Positions 20,873-31,085 are shown, counted from the first letter of the stretch. The stretch is 32,778 nucleotides of DNA from Alphaproteobacteria bacterium (GCA_017618595.1 JAFZTZ010000103.1:1-32778), one strand, 5' to 3'. Notes: generated from the letters alone by a model not told the origin. Numbers and translations are program-made.

Positions 20873-22467
20873 TATTTATTTGCCAATTGTTTTTTAATTA
20901 TATATGTTTGAACAATTCCAAATATATTTGATACCGTCCAATACAATACCAACCCCGCCGGCATCCATGCAAACATAACGGTAAATATTACCGGCAACCA
21001 TTTCATAACACGCCCCGTAGATGCCGCTATATCATTGGCATTTTTATCCGTTTTTTTTGTGCGCCCAGATTGCAAATATTGTTGCAACCACATCGTTGCA
21101 CCCATCAGTATCGGCAAAATGAAATATGGATCCATTGCCGCCAAATCATGTATCCACAAAAATCCCGCATTGCGCATATTAACCGAAACCAACAATGCCT
21201 TATACAATGCAAAGAAAATTGGAATCTGCAACAGCATTGGCAAACAACCCGACATTGGCGATGTCTTGTGTGTTTTATACAGGTTCATCATTTCTAATTG
21301 CAGACGCGCCTTGTCATTGGCATACAGTTTTTGTATGCGTTGCATTTCGGGCTGCATCCGTTGCATTTGAATAGATGACACATACGATTTACGCGTTAAT
21401 GGCCACATCAACAAACGCAATAATATTGTTAATAAAATTATCGCAACACCATAATTCATCACAACTGAATTTAATATATTCAATATCCAAAGTAATGGTT
21501 GCGCAAAGAACCAGAACCATCCATAATCAACCGTTTTATTCAGGCCCGACATACTTGTCGCGGCGGCATCCAATATTGTTTGGTCACGTGGGCCGGCAAA
21601 GATAGTCGTTGTAAATACACCTGTATTTCCAGGCATCACAACAACACCCGCCGCCGTACCATCGGTGACATATTTATCACCAACCGATTTGGCACGCATC
21701 GTTTGATCAGGTGATTTTATTTCGGCAATCGTTTGCCAATATTGATCTGCGAAACCAAAGAAACCATTTGTCGTAGAATATGCGTATGATTTTTTATCCA
21801 AACTGTTCCAATCGTTATATCGAACCTTGGAATTAGTATTTGTTATCGCCCCCGTGGAAACACCCGCTGCGTTTTCATGTCCGGTGCGAACAATACGCGC
21901 ATACGGCGCAAATGTTAATTCGCGATTTGTTTTATTTTCAATTGTATCGGTAACATTTATTAAATAACCATCTATTTTAATATCACGCGTGAAAATAACA
22001 CCATCGCCATTACGCCAAACCATTTTACCATCTTGTTCTGCCCAATTTGTTTTTACATCGGGCGCAGTTGTTCCAGTTGCGGTGAAACCAACCTCGGCAA
22101 AATCGGTATCATTGGCCAGTAATGTTACACGCGCACTATCATCTTTGGATGATGTTGCCGCATAAGCCTTTAAAGATACTTTTGATACACGCAACCCTTG
22201 GACATTGGCAACAATTTTATCGCCACTAATTTCACGTGCCGGCAATTCAATGTTATCCGTGGCAACAATTGCAATATCAGAATCTGTTGGTGCGGGCTTA
22301 TCGTTTGGTGTGGTCCACATGCTTAGTAACCACCATGTTCCCAGGAATAAAATCATCCACCACAAAAAACCACCCAATTTTGATTTTGGTTTGTCTGCAC
22401 CCATCGCATTGCGGTTCGCATTCCATGCCGCAAAACCAGAATTATTATTGTTAAGATACTGAACCAT
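20872..22467 (-). CDS. yidC: Membrane protein insertase YidC
   Basis: VDYGWFWFFAQP, NYGVAIILLTILLRLLMWPL, SGCLPMLLQIPIFFALY, WIHDLAAMDPYFILP, PAGLVLYWTVSN. Confidence 0.97.
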   Translation of the reverse strand: MVQYLNNNNSGFAAWNANRNAMGADKPKSKLGGFLWWMILFLGTWWLLSMWTTPNDKPAPTDSDIAIVATDNIELPAREISGDKIVANVQGLRVSKVSLKAYAATSSKDDSARVTLLANDTDFAEVGFTATGTTAPDVKTNWAEQDGKMVWRNGDGVIFTRDIKIDGYLINVTDTIENKTNRELTFAPYARIVRTGHENAAGVSTGAITNTNSKVRYNDWNSLDKKSYAYSTTNGFFGFADQYWQTIAEIKSPDQTMRAKSVGDKYVTDGTAAGVVVMPGNTGVFTTTIFAGPRDQTILDAAATSMSGLNKTVDYGWFWFFAQPLLWILNILNSVVMNYGVAIILLTILLRLLMWPLTRKSYVSSIQMQRMQPEMQRIQKLYANDKARLQLEMMNLYKTHKTSPMSGCLPMLLQIPIFFALYKALLVSVNMRNAGFLWIHDLAAMDPYFILPILMGATMWLQQYLQSGRTKKTDKNANDIAASTGRVMKWLPVIFTVMFAWMPAGLVLYWTVSNIFGIVQTYIIKKQLANK

Positions 22468-22470
22468 TAT

Positions 22471-22995
22471 TTACCCCTTTATATTCTTTAAACAACGACG
22501 GCGTGCCACCCACCAATTTAATATATACAGCAATACGCCAACGGTAATAAACACATCGGCGACATTGAATACCGGCCAATGCCATGCACCAACATGAAAA
22601 TCCAAGAAATCAACGACCGCGCCAAAACGTAATCTATCTATAAAATTCCCAAGCGCCCCACCAAGTATCAAAATCAATGGCGCACGTTCATAACTGTTGG
22701 CACGCGCGAACAGATAATACGCCACAAGGGCGATTATTATCCCTGTTGCAATAATCATTATCAACGGTGCACCAACCCCGAAATCGCGCAAGAACGAAAA
22801 CGCGGTTCCCGGATTCCAAGTAAACAAAATATTAAAGAAATTTGTTACGTGACTAATTTGAACGGGCGATATTCCGTCCCATACAAATTCAGGTGATTCC
22901 GGATGAAGCAACAAAAACAGCACTTTCCATTTTACAATTTGATCAATTGCAACTATGCCAAATATTGCGGCCAGAGTTTTTAATATCTTTATCAT
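22471..22995 (-). CDS. lspA: Lipoprotein signal peptidase II
   Basis: DQIVK, WNPGTAFS, GGALGNFIDRL, VVDFLDF, WPVFNVAD. Confidence 0.97.
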   Translation of the reverse strand: MIKILKTLAAIFGIVAIDQIVKWKVLFLLLHPESPEFVWDGISPVQISHVTNFFNILFTWNPGTAFSFLRDFGVGAPLIMIIATGIIIALVAYYLFARANSYERAPLILILGGALGNFIDRLRFGAVVDFLDFHVGAWHWPVFNVADVFITVGVLLYILNWWVARRRCLKNIKG

Positions 22996-23050
22996 TTTTT
23001 CTCCATTGAACCTTGGTCAAATATAGCAAGATACATAAACAAAAGCAATT

Positions 23051-23076
23051 AAAAATGCCCCAACCGGAGCATTTTT
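23051..23076 (-). terminator. Probable terminator downstream of the 23094-23948 gene
   Basis: AAAAATGC-cccaaccgga-GCATTTTT. Confidence 0.5.
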
Positions 23077-23093
23077 ATTTTTTGTTTTTTTGT

Positions 23094-23948
23094 TTATTTT
23101 TTCTCTTTTCCACCAAGCAATGCTGCTTTGACATGGAACAACACATTTTCATCATATGCCCCGATGGCCTGTTCTAATTTTTCTATGCCATATTTGCGCG
23201 CATATGCAACCAAACAACCATAATATAGCGTAAACGGAATATTCATCGAAATATCAACCAAGCGCAACAATATTGGATTAACGAACGAATAACCATTTCG
23301 TTCTGGTGTAATACCATAGCATTCATGGTGTTCAAACTTATGCGCCGCGACCATAAATATATCTACAAATTCTTGGTCGGTTTTTAATCTATTGTAATCT
23401 ATGTTCCGCAATGCCGCGCCGTTTGTTTTGCATGCGATTTGGCACAGATATTTATATTTACCTGCCTCTAAATATTCTGGGCGCACACACGCAATTTCAT
23501 GTCCCCATGCATCACCGCGTTCCCCGTTCCATGGGCCGCCCACATACGGTCCACGTGCCGACACCGCAATAATGCATAATTTATAATATAATTTTTTAGA
23601 AATCTTGTGTTCTTTGGGATCAACCAACGTCAATAATGTTCCGTAATTTGATAAAGGTGTTTTATAAATACGATAATATTGTTCTTCGTTGATTTTGTAT
23701 TTAACCGGTTCAACAAATGCAACATTGTTATTTTCCGCATCTATAAAATCTTCGCAAATTTGGGTATAGGTTTCTGCATCTGGTTTTTCAAACATACCAT
23801 AAACAGACATATAATCGCGCAGGTTAAAACCCTGTTCAACCATTTTACGTGTATCTTCGCGGTATTTTCTGCGTGTGCGCGCGGTGCGTGCCTGTTCGAC
23901 TTGCTGACGGCCAGGTGTTGCGGTTATAGTTTCTGTATCGTTTTGCAT
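23094..23948 (-). CDS. Hypothetical protein with degenerate helical repeats (DUF4116-like)
   Basis: AAAGGA RBS before ATG (MQNDT...); recurring units such as YTQICEDFI..VAFVEP, YYRIYKTPLSNYGTLLTLVDP, YYKLCIIAV..IACVRP, YKYLCQIACKTNGAALRNID. Confidence 0.7.
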   Translation of the reverse strand: MQNDTETITATPGRQQVEQARTARTRRKYREDTRKMVEQGFNLRDYMSVYGMFEKPDAETYTQICEDFIDAENNNVAFVEPVKYKINEEQYYRIYKTPLSNYGTLLTLVDPKEHKISKKLYYKLCIIAVSARGPYVGGPWNGERGDAWGHEIACVRPEYLEAGKYKYLCQIACKTNGAALRNIDYNRLKTDQEFVDIFMVAAHKFEHHECYGITPERNGYSFVNPILLRLVDISMNIPFTLYYGCLVAYARKYGIEKLEQAIGAYDENVLFHVKAALLGGKEKK

Positions 23949-24037
23949 GGTAAATCCTTTGGTTTTTAACATATTTACACAAAAAAAACGATGTCAATTT
24001 TTATTTATACAATAATTCTGGAAATAAATATATAAAT

Positions 24038-24067
24038 AAAAAAACCGACCATTCGGTCAGTTTTTTT
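24038..24067 (-). terminator. Probable terminator of the Kef antiporter gene
   Basis: AAAAAAACCGACC-attc-GGTCAGTTTTTTT; stem has a G-U pair on the - strand and is followed by a T-tract. Confidence 0.65.
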
Positions 24068-25775
24068 AATTATGTTGATCGGTTAACGCATTATCCAATT
24101 CTGAATAATTTTCCGAACGCATTTCGCCCAACAGTTTTAATACCACATCATCAGGTATCCCCAATTGGCCCAATACACCACGCGCCAACATCAGCGATGA
24201 TTCTATAGTTTCTGGCCATACTTCTTGGACACCTTCTTTAATCAGCACACGTGATTCCGCCAAATTGCGCGCACGCGCAAAAATCTTGGCCCTTGGTGCG
24301 ATGCTTTTGACGGTCAGAACAGCATTACGGGCGGTATTGCTGTTATCCAACGCGATTACAACTGCACGCAACCGACGATTATTAAATCCAAATTCACGCA
24401 ATACCGACGCATTTGTGCTATCACCATAAAATACATTGTAACCACTTTCACGCCCCAACATAACCGCATTAACACTTAGGTCCAGCGCGACATACGGGAT
24501 TTTGCGCACGCCCAACACATAGGCGATAATTTGACCGACACGTCCAAAACCGCATATCATAACAACAGGTTGAACCGCGCCTGCGCCAGCATTAAGTTGT
24601 TTTTGGCGCGATTTTGCAAACCATTTTGATGAACGACCGATTTTATCGTGAATTGCCAACAAGAACGGCGTCGATATAATTGAAAGGATTATTACCGCCG
24701 TTAATATTTCTTGGTGCGCCGGTGGAACCGCAGATATTCCGCTGGTCTTCATGGTTTGGAACATCAACAGCGCGAATTCACCGCCTTGGCTTAACATCAA
24801 TGCAATAAGGCGCGCATCATGTACCGCGACATCGCGCACACGTGCAACCATAAACAGCGCAACAAACTTAATACACACCAACCCAAGCATTCCCAACAAA
24901 ACAATATACCAATTATCCCACAATACATTGATATTTAATCCCATACCCAATGATATAAAGAATAGTGACAGGAACAATAACGCGTATGGTCCTATTTCTG
25001 CACGTATTTGATGGCTGTATATTGTTTCAGACATCAACATACCCGCCAAGAACGCACCCAATCCCGCCGGCAGTCCCAATAAATCCATAATCACCGCCCA
25101 CAGAACAATGTTCAACATCACGACCAGCAAAAATGCCTCGTGCGATCTTAATTTTGACACGCGTTTTATCAACGGATTTAATATGAAACGACCAACAATA
25201 ACAACACCAAAAATCAATGTTACCGTGGTGACAAAAACATCGATAACCGCCGCGCCCAAATTAAATGAACGCCCCGCCAAAACCGGCAACATTGCAAGCA
25301 ACGGTATGGATAACAAATCTTGGAACAACAATATGGAAAAAGTTTGATGTCCCATATTAGTATTTAATTGATTTCTGTCGGTCAATAATTGCATATCTTC
25401 GGACGTGCTGGACATTGCCATCAACAACGATACCGTTATCACCCCCATAATTGACCACGATGTTATGCCGACCAAAATTGGAAACAACATTACCGCGACC
25501 ATTAAAACCTGGGCCGCACCGAAACCAAAAATCGTCCGCCGCATTTGCCACAGACGTTTCATATTTATTTCCAAACCAATATTAAACCACAAAAACAATA
25601 TGCCTAAATCGCCAAGGAACGTCCATGTATCATTTACCTGAAATAAATCTAAAACAAATGGTCCCGACAGTATACCGGCCAATAGAAAAGCAACCAATGC
25701 ACCAACACGCGCAATTCGCAACACGAACACCAATGCAAAAACAATTGCGAAAAATATCAACACCGATATAGACAT
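24066..25775 (-). CDS. CPA2-family (KefB/KefC-like) K+/H+ antiporter with TrkA-N domain
   Basis: Many TM helices; AMSST, LLFQD, LGAFLAG, SQGGEFA; C-terminal ICGFGRVGQ and YGDST. Confidence 0.93.
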   Translation of the reverse strand: MSISVLIFFAIVFALVFVLRIARVGALVAFLLAGILSGPFVLDLFQVNDTWTFLGDLGILFLWFNIGLEINMKRLWQMRRTIFGFGAAQVLMVAVMLFPILVGITSWSIMGVITVSLLMAMSSTSEDMQLLTDRNQLNTNMGHQTFSILLFQDLLSIPLLAMLPVLAGRSFNLGAAVIDVFVTTVTLIFGVVIVGRFILNPLIKRVSKLRSHEAFLLVVMLNIVLWAVIMDLLGLPAGLGAFLAGMLMSETIYSHQIRAEIGPYALLFLSLFFISLGMGLNINVLWDNWYIVLLGMLGLVCIKFVALFMVARVRDVAVHDARLIALMLSQGGEFALLMFQTMKTSGISAVPPAHQEILTAVIILSIISTPFLLAIHDKIGRSSKWFAKSRQKQLNAGAGAVQPVVMICGFGRVGQIIAYVLGVRKIPYVALDLSVNAVMLGRESGYNVFYGDSTNASVLREFGFNNRRLRAVVIALDNSNTARNAVLTVKSIAPRAKIFARARNLAESRVLIKEGVQEVWPETIESSLMLARGVLGQLGIPDDVVLKLLGEMRSENYSELDNALTDQHN

Positions 25776-25828
25776 ATTTCTCTCTCCCCTATAAACTCAA
25801 TGGATATTATAGCAGAAATCTATATTGG

Positions 25829-26656
25829 TTATGCAACCAATTTTTTTGATATTTCTAAAAATTTTTCAGGGGATATTTCTTCGGCACGTTCGGTCCCGCT
25901 AAGTCCGAAATTTGCCCATTCTACATCACGCATTATTCCGCGTATCATCTTGCGACGCATACCAAATAAACGCGCGGTTAGATTTTCTATATTTTTTATA
26001 TCGCCAATATTTTTTATTTTGTTTGCGTTCGGAATAATTTGAACAACCGCGCTTTCCACACGTGGCCGTGGCACAACCGCAGTAGATGGCACATTAAATA
26101 ATATTTTTGCGTCTGCGACCAATGACACCAATACCGCCAAACGCCCGTATTGTTCATCGCCTGTACGTGCAACAATTCGTTCTGCAACCTCGCGCTGAAA
26201 CATTAGTGTCAAAGATTTTATTGGCACACCACACGCAATATCGTGCAACCATCGTACCAATAATTCGGTACCAACATTGTATGGCAAATTTGAACATATC
26301 GCAAATGCACCACCTGCCAATTTCGCCATATCTACGCGTAATGCGTCATCATAAATAACATTAAAACAACCATTTGATGCAGCAACAACCTGGGATAAAA
26401 TTGGTTCGGTTGTTTTATCTTTTTCAATTGCAATAACACGCGATGCGCCCGCCATCAACAATGCACGCGACAGACCGGCCGGACCGGGTCCGACCTCTAT
26501 AACCGTTGTTTTTTCTATATCAGGAACGCTGCGTGCAATACGACCTGTTAAATTCAAATCAAACAAGAAATTCTGACCGAATTGTTTTTTTGGTTCCAAA
26601 CCTGATGCACGCATCATTTCGGAAACCGGTGGCAAAGAAGAAATTAAATCTGTCAT
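25829..26656 (-). CDS. rsmA: 16S rRNA m6,2A dimethyltransferase KsgA
   Basis: KKQFGQNFL, IEVGPGPAGL, SNLPYNVG, MFQREVAERI, YGRLAV. Confidence 0.97.
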   Translation of the reverse strand: MTDLISSLPPVSEMMRASGLEPKKQFGQNFLFDLNLTGRIARSVPDIEKTTVIEVGPGPAGLSRALLMAGASRVIAIEKDKTTEPILSQVVAASNGCFNVIYDDALRVDMAKLAGGAFAICSNLPYNVGTELLVRWLHDIACGVPIKSLTLMFQREVAERIVARTGDEQYGRLAVLVSLVADAKILFNVPSTAVVPRPRVESAVVQIIPNANKIKNIGDIKNIENLTARLFGMRRKMIRGIMRDVEWANFGLSGTERAEEISPEKFLEISKKLVA

Positions 26657-27249
26657 AATGCGCGCCGCCCCCCAAATGCCAACGAAAGTGTCCCATCGTC
26701 AATATAATCTAAATCGCCACCCAATGGCATGCCCGATGCCAATTCGCTGAACGTAACATTGGGCCCGGCAAGTGTTGAAATTATGTATTGCTGTGTCGTT
26801 TTTCCTTCGACCGTATTTGGTAATGCAAAAATAATTTCTGTTATTTTTTCATTTGCGATACGCGCCGATAGATTTCCCATATTCAAATCATCCGGGGTAA
26901 CCCCTGCAACACCCGACAGTAAACCACCCAATATATGATAACGGCCATTAAACACGCCCGATTTCTCCAGCACCCAAACATCTGACAAATCACGCACTAT
27001 GCACAGCATTCCATTTGCACGCGCCATATCACGACAATATTCACATCGATCGGTATCCTTATCGGTCAGCACCCCGCAAATCGGGCATGGATAAATGTTT
27101 TCATTTGCATCAACCAATGCATCAACCAATTTTTCGATACGTCCCGTATTATCTTGCAACAGACCCAACACAATACGGCGTGCCGCACGGTTTCCAACGC
27201 GTGGCAATTTTGCAAATTGTTTAATAAGTTTTTCTATTTTCGGATTCAT
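26653..27249 (-). CDS. recR: Recombination mediator RecR (ATG start assumed at 27249)
   Basis: HhH LPRVGNRAARRI, Zn finger CPICG...CEYC, YHILGGLLS, TVEGKTT, GMPLGGDLDYIDDGTL; ATGA overlap with rsmA. Confidence 0.96.
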   Translation of the reverse strand: MNPKIEKLIKQFAKLPRVGNRAARRIVLGLLQDNTGRIEKLVDALVDANENIYPCPICGVLTDKDTDRCEYCRDMARANGMLCIVRDLSDVWVLEKSGVFNGRYHILGGLLSGVAGVTPDDLNMGNLSARIANEKITEIIFALPNTVEGKTTQQYIISTLAGPNVTFSELASGMPLGGDLDYIDDGTLSLAFGGRRAL

Positions 27250-27267
27250 TTGCACATATCGTAGCAA

Positions 27268-28401
27268 TTAATGAAATACATAGCAATCTATTCCTGCGGC
27301 AATACCACGATTTTTTAAATTCTGGGCCGCCGATTCCGAAAGGCCTGTTACACGCACACGATACAACCCCGTTCCCGTTGGTTCAACATGCGCGGCCGCG
27401 CCAAGCGTTCCCTTAATACGTGCAACCATAGAATTTGCCGCATCGGTGGTTGAAAACGCACCAAATTGGACCCCGACGCCACCGGTTGCATATTGGAATT
27501 TTGGCGCATCAGATGCATATTTTTGCACAATTGGCGATGTCGCCGGTGCTGGTTCAGAATGCACAATGGTCGTTGGGGTATTTTTTACAACCATCGGGGC
27601 ACCATTGTCCAACATTGCAAATCCGCGATTTAACATATCTGCGGCCACGTCAGAACGCACATCTTTGGTTTCTGCGCCCAATACCACCGAAATCAAATGA
27701 TGTCCCCCACGCGATGCGGTTGCAACCAATGAATATTTTGATTTATTAGTATAGCCCGTTTTCATACCATCGCATCCCGGGTATGTTTCCAACAACCGAT
27801 TACCATTACTGTATGTTTTGCCGTTATATGTCCAAGTTTTTATACCAAAATATTTCCAATATTGCGGAAAATGTTTATATACCGCCATGGACAGCAATGC
27901 AATATCACGCGCCGTTGAGAGATGATCATCATCTGGCAGGCCCGATGAATTTTCAAAGTTTGTTTGTGATAATCCAATTTCACGCGCGACCCGTGTCATC
28001 AGCGATGCAAATGTTTGCTCTTTGCCACCCTTTAAATTTTCGGCCAACACACGTGCAACATCATTCGCACTATATACCGCCAACGCAATAATCGCATCTT
28101 CGACACGAATTTTTGTTCCCGCGGTCAGCCCCAATTTTACCGGTGCCGCCGACGCAGCACTATTTGAAACGATTAAATAATCATCCAAATGCAAACGTCC
28201 ATGTTCCAACGCATCAAACGTCAAATACAGGGTCATTATTTTGGTCAAACTGGCCGGATAATTTTGCTGTTTTGCGTTTTCTGCAACCAACACACGCCCA
28301 GTATTCATATCGGCGACCAATGCCGCACGGTAATTTGCCGCGTTCGCAACCGCGCACGAAAAGATTAACGGTAAAACAAATAAAAATTTTCTCATTTCCA
28401 T
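27268..28401 (-). CDS. D-alanyl-D-alanine carboxypeptidase (peptidase S11) with C-terminal SPOR domain
   Basis: Signal peptide; SxxK (PASLTK), SxN (SAND), KTG (KTGYT); VQFGAFS...LYRVRV SPOR motif. Confidence 0.93.
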   Translation of the reverse strand: MEMRKFLFVLPLIFSCAVANAANYRAALVADMNTGRVLVAENAKQQNYPASLTKIMTLYLTFDALEHGRLHLDDYLIVSNSAASAAPVKLGLTAGTKIRVEDAIIALAVYSANDVARVLAENLKGGKEQTFASLMTRVAREIGLSQTNFENSSGLPDDDHLSTARDIALLSMAVYKHFPQYWKYFGIKTWTYNGKTYSNGNRLLETYPGCDGMKTGYTNKSKYSLVATASRGGHHLISVVLGAETKDVRSDVAADMLNRGFAMLDNGAPMVVKNTPTTIVHSEPAPATSPIVQKYASDAPKFQYATGGVGVQFGAFSTTDAANSMVARIKGTLGAAAHVEPTGTGLYRVRVTGLSESAAQNLKNRGIAAGIDCYVFH

Positions 28402-28438
28402 AGAATTTATGTTAATAAAAAAACGCTTTCGGGGTCAA

Positions 28439-30229
28439 TTATTTTTTTACTTCGTCTTGCAAAAATCCACCTGATTGCATTTTCCAAAGTTTTGCATATT
28501 CACCACCACGTCGCAATAGCGCGTTATGCGTTCCAGATTCTATAATTTTTCCCTTTTCCAAAACGACTATTCTATCCATATTACGCAATGTGGACAGACG
28601 GTGCGCAATTGCAATTGTTGTGCGGTCCTTGGATAATTTTTCAAAAGACTTTTGAATTGCAACTTCGGTTTCACTGTCCAGGGCGGATGTGGCCTCGTCC
28701 AATATCAAAATTGGCGCGTTCTTTAAAAATGCGCGTGCAATTGCAATGCGTTGACGTTGACCACCCGACATCTTTATTCCACGGTCACCAACCAATGTAT
28801 CGTATTTCTTTTCGGTGGACAGCACGAACGCGTGCGCCGATGCACTTTTTGCCGCACGCTGAATTTCGGTATCTGTGGCCGATGGATTACCGTATGCAAT
28901 GTTTTCACGAATTGTGCGGTTAAACATTACCGGATCTTGTGGAATAAATGATATATTTTCACGCAATGATTTTTGACTGACATCCCGAATATCATGACCG
29001 TCTATTAAAATTGCGCCACCTTTGACATCATAAAAACGCATCAGCAAATTTACCAACGTTGTTTTACCCGCACCTGATGGGCCAACAATTCCAACACGTT
29101 CGCCGGGCTTTATCGTCAAATTCAAATCACGCAGGACATATTTATTTTTATATTTGAACGATACTTTTTTAATTTCTATTTTTCCATGCGGCACCACCAA
29201 TTCGCCCGCATCTTCGGCATCCACCACCGTCAATGGCACAGACAATTCTTTATATCCCTTGTTTGCAGACGATACACCATCTATGACATTTGGAATTTCG
29301 TTTATCACGCTGCTTATCATGCCCATAACCGTGTAATATACCGAAACGCTGTAAACCACATCAGAAATTTTCATCATTCCGCGTCCAAACAGATACGCAC
29401 AGAAAATTAACATCGCCCCAAACATGATATCCCAGAAATACATTGGTATCGCCCATGACAACCGTTGAAAAAACGCCGCACGACGTTGGGCGCGCACATG
29501 ATTTTCACGTGGCGTTTCAAGATATTCATGTTCATACGTTTCGCCTGCAAACAACCGCACCGCCGTTTGATTTGCGAACCCATCCAATATTTTTCCCGAT
29601 AATTCAGATTCCGCAGATGCACGATTTTCCGCCGATGTTTTAATAGGTTTGCGCAATTTCCATACGAAACCCGCACGCAACACGAACATAAATAAAAACG
29701 TCCATGCGATATATTCATTTACCGTAAATAACAAAGTAGAATTCACAACGATAGCTATCAACCGTATGCATATTGTCCATATATCATTTATTATCGTTCG
29801 GGCACCAATATTACAAAAACGAATATTCGAACTGATTGAACCGGCCATACGATTCACCCAAAACGACATAGATTGCATATGTACATAATCGGTCAATACG
29901 GATGAAACGCGGCGACTCATATACGGCCACAGCACAGACGCCATATAGTCGCGCATAATATTCAATGTTGAAAATCCCATTTGGATACCAACCAGAACAA
30001 AGATGGTCGGCATAACATGCTGGTATATGGCATCGCCCAACGGTGCGCCTTCGAACATCGCAACCGTCCACCGTTCCGCATACGGCCATATAACCGCGCC
30101 AAATCCGTCCAGCAACCGCAACGTCATAAAGAATACGATGTATTTATACAGCCCCGGAAAACACTTTTTAAAATAAAATCCCAATAGAGTTTTGGGCATT
30201 ACATTGGTATTTTTTTCTGACGATTTCAT
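28439..30229 (-). CDS. ABC exporter, fused permease and ATPase (MsbA/multidrug-like)
   Basis: N-terminal TM domain; Walker A GPSGAGKTT, signature MSGGQRQR, Walker B ILDEATSALD, AHRLST. Confidence 0.95.
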   Translation of the reverse strand: MKSSEKNTNVMPKTLLGFYFKKCFPGLYKYIVFFMTLRLLDGFGAVIWPYAERWTVAMFEGAPLGDAIYQHVMPTIFVLVGIQMGFSTLNIMRDYMASVLWPYMSRRVSSVLTDYVHMQSMSFWVNRMAGSISSNIRFCNIGARTIINDIWTICIRLIAIVVNSTLLFTVNEYIAWTFLFMFVLRAGFVWKLRKPIKTSAENRASAESELSGKILDGFANQTAVRLFAGETYEHEYLETPRENHVRAQRRAAFFQRLSWAIPMYFWDIMFGAMLIFCAYLFGRGMMKISDVVYSVSVYYTVMGMISSVINEIPNVIDGVSSANKGYKELSVPLTVVDAEDAGELVVPHGKIEIKKVSFKYKNKYVLRDLNLTIKPGERVGIVGPSGAGKTTLVNLLMRFYDVKGGAILIDGHDIRDVSQKSLRENISFIPQDPVMFNRTIRENIAYGNPSATDTEIQRAAKSASAHAFVLSTEKKYDTLVGDRGIKMSGGQRQRIAIARAFLKNAPILILDEATSALDSETEVAIQKSFEKLSKDRTTIAIAHRLSTLRNMDRIVVLEKGKIIESGTHNALLRRGGEYAKLWKMQSGGFLQDEVKK

Positions 30230-30275
30230 GATTACCTTCCTAAATAAACGCGTTGTTAATAATTGCTAATATTTC

Positions 30276-30303
30276 TTGCAATTGCAAGTAAGTTTTTTAT
30301 AAT
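30276..30303 (+). promoter_or_regulatory. Putative sigma70 promoter of the GNAT gene
   Basis: TTGCAA-16 nt-TATAAT, ending 10 nt before ATG 30314. Confidence 0.55.
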
Positions 30304-30313
30304 TCTGCGCGTT

Positions 30314-30835
30314 ATGGCTATTGAACTAGAAGATTTTTCCCTGCGGCGCATTATTCCACAATTTCGTGAATTTAATTCTGCGACCAAAAATAACCAAGAA
30401 CGTCTTGCGCCGTATTTTTGGTGGTCGCGCACCAGTAATTATGAACGATTTAAATTCATTTTGTCGGGCGTTGTGGTGGAAAAATTGGCGCGATTATTGC
30501 GCGATTTGCCATATAACAAAAAATTCATTATTCGCGAAAACGGCAAATTTGTGGGCATAATCGGCCTTGATTTTGTATCAACGGGGGCAATTAGTTCGGA
30601 AATTTGGATGTTTCTTGATTCTGCGTACACGCACAAAAATCTTGCATCAGACGCATTAAAACAAATAGAAAATTATGCACGCAAGAAATCGGTACAATCT
30701 ATTCGTGCCACCACGTCCCCAAAAAATCAAAGTTCCAAACGTTTATTGGCCAAAAACGATTACGAACCGACCTATACCGACCAAGATTCAATTTTATGGT
30801 ATAAATTGCTACACACAAAAGTTATTGAAAAATAA
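30314..30835 (+). CDS. GNAT-family (RimJ/RimL-like) N-acetyltransferase
   Basis: NQERLAPYFWW, GKFVGIIGL, EIWMFLDSAYTHKNLAS, NQSSKRLLAKNDY. Confidence 0.8.
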   Translation: MAIELEDFSLRRIIPQFREFNSATKNNQERLAPYFWWSRTSNYERFKFILSGVVVEKLARLLRDLPYNKKFIIRENGKFVGIIGLDFVSTGAISSEIWMFLDSAYTHKNLASDALKQIENYARKKSVQSIRATTSPKNQSSKRLLAKNDYEPTYTDQDSILWYKLLHTKVIEK

Positions 30836-30865
30836 AATAAAATCGTTAGAATTATCGCATATTTT

Positions 30866-30940
30866 GGTCCCATCGTCTAGAGGTTAGGACATCGGATTCT
30901 CATTCCGGTAACACGGGTTCAATTCCCGTTGGGACTGCCA
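30866..30940 (+). tRNA. tRNA-Glu (CTC)
   Basis: GGTCCCA...TCGGA TTCTCAT TCCGG...ACGGG TTCAATT CCCGT TGGGACT G CCA. Confidence 0.95.
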
Positions 30941-30948
30941 AATGTTTC

Positions 30949-30973
30949 AAACGCTACAAAAGTGGCGTTTTTT
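30949..30973 (+). terminator. Terminator after tRNA-Glu
   Basis: AAACGCTAC-aaaa-GTGGCGTTT plus T-tract. Confidence 0.7.
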
Positions 30974-31055
30974 GTTAAAATTCTAATGCATATACGAGTT
31001 CGAAAATATTATATTCAAAAGTGAACCAATGTTGGTTACTTTCGAACTTTTTTAT

Positions 31056-31085
31056 AAAAAAACACCTGACTTTTCACAGGTGTTT
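31056..31085 (-). terminator. Terminator of the lipoprotein gene
   Basis: AAACACCTG-acttttca-CAGGTGTTT, followed by a T-tract on the - strand. Confidence 0.65.
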
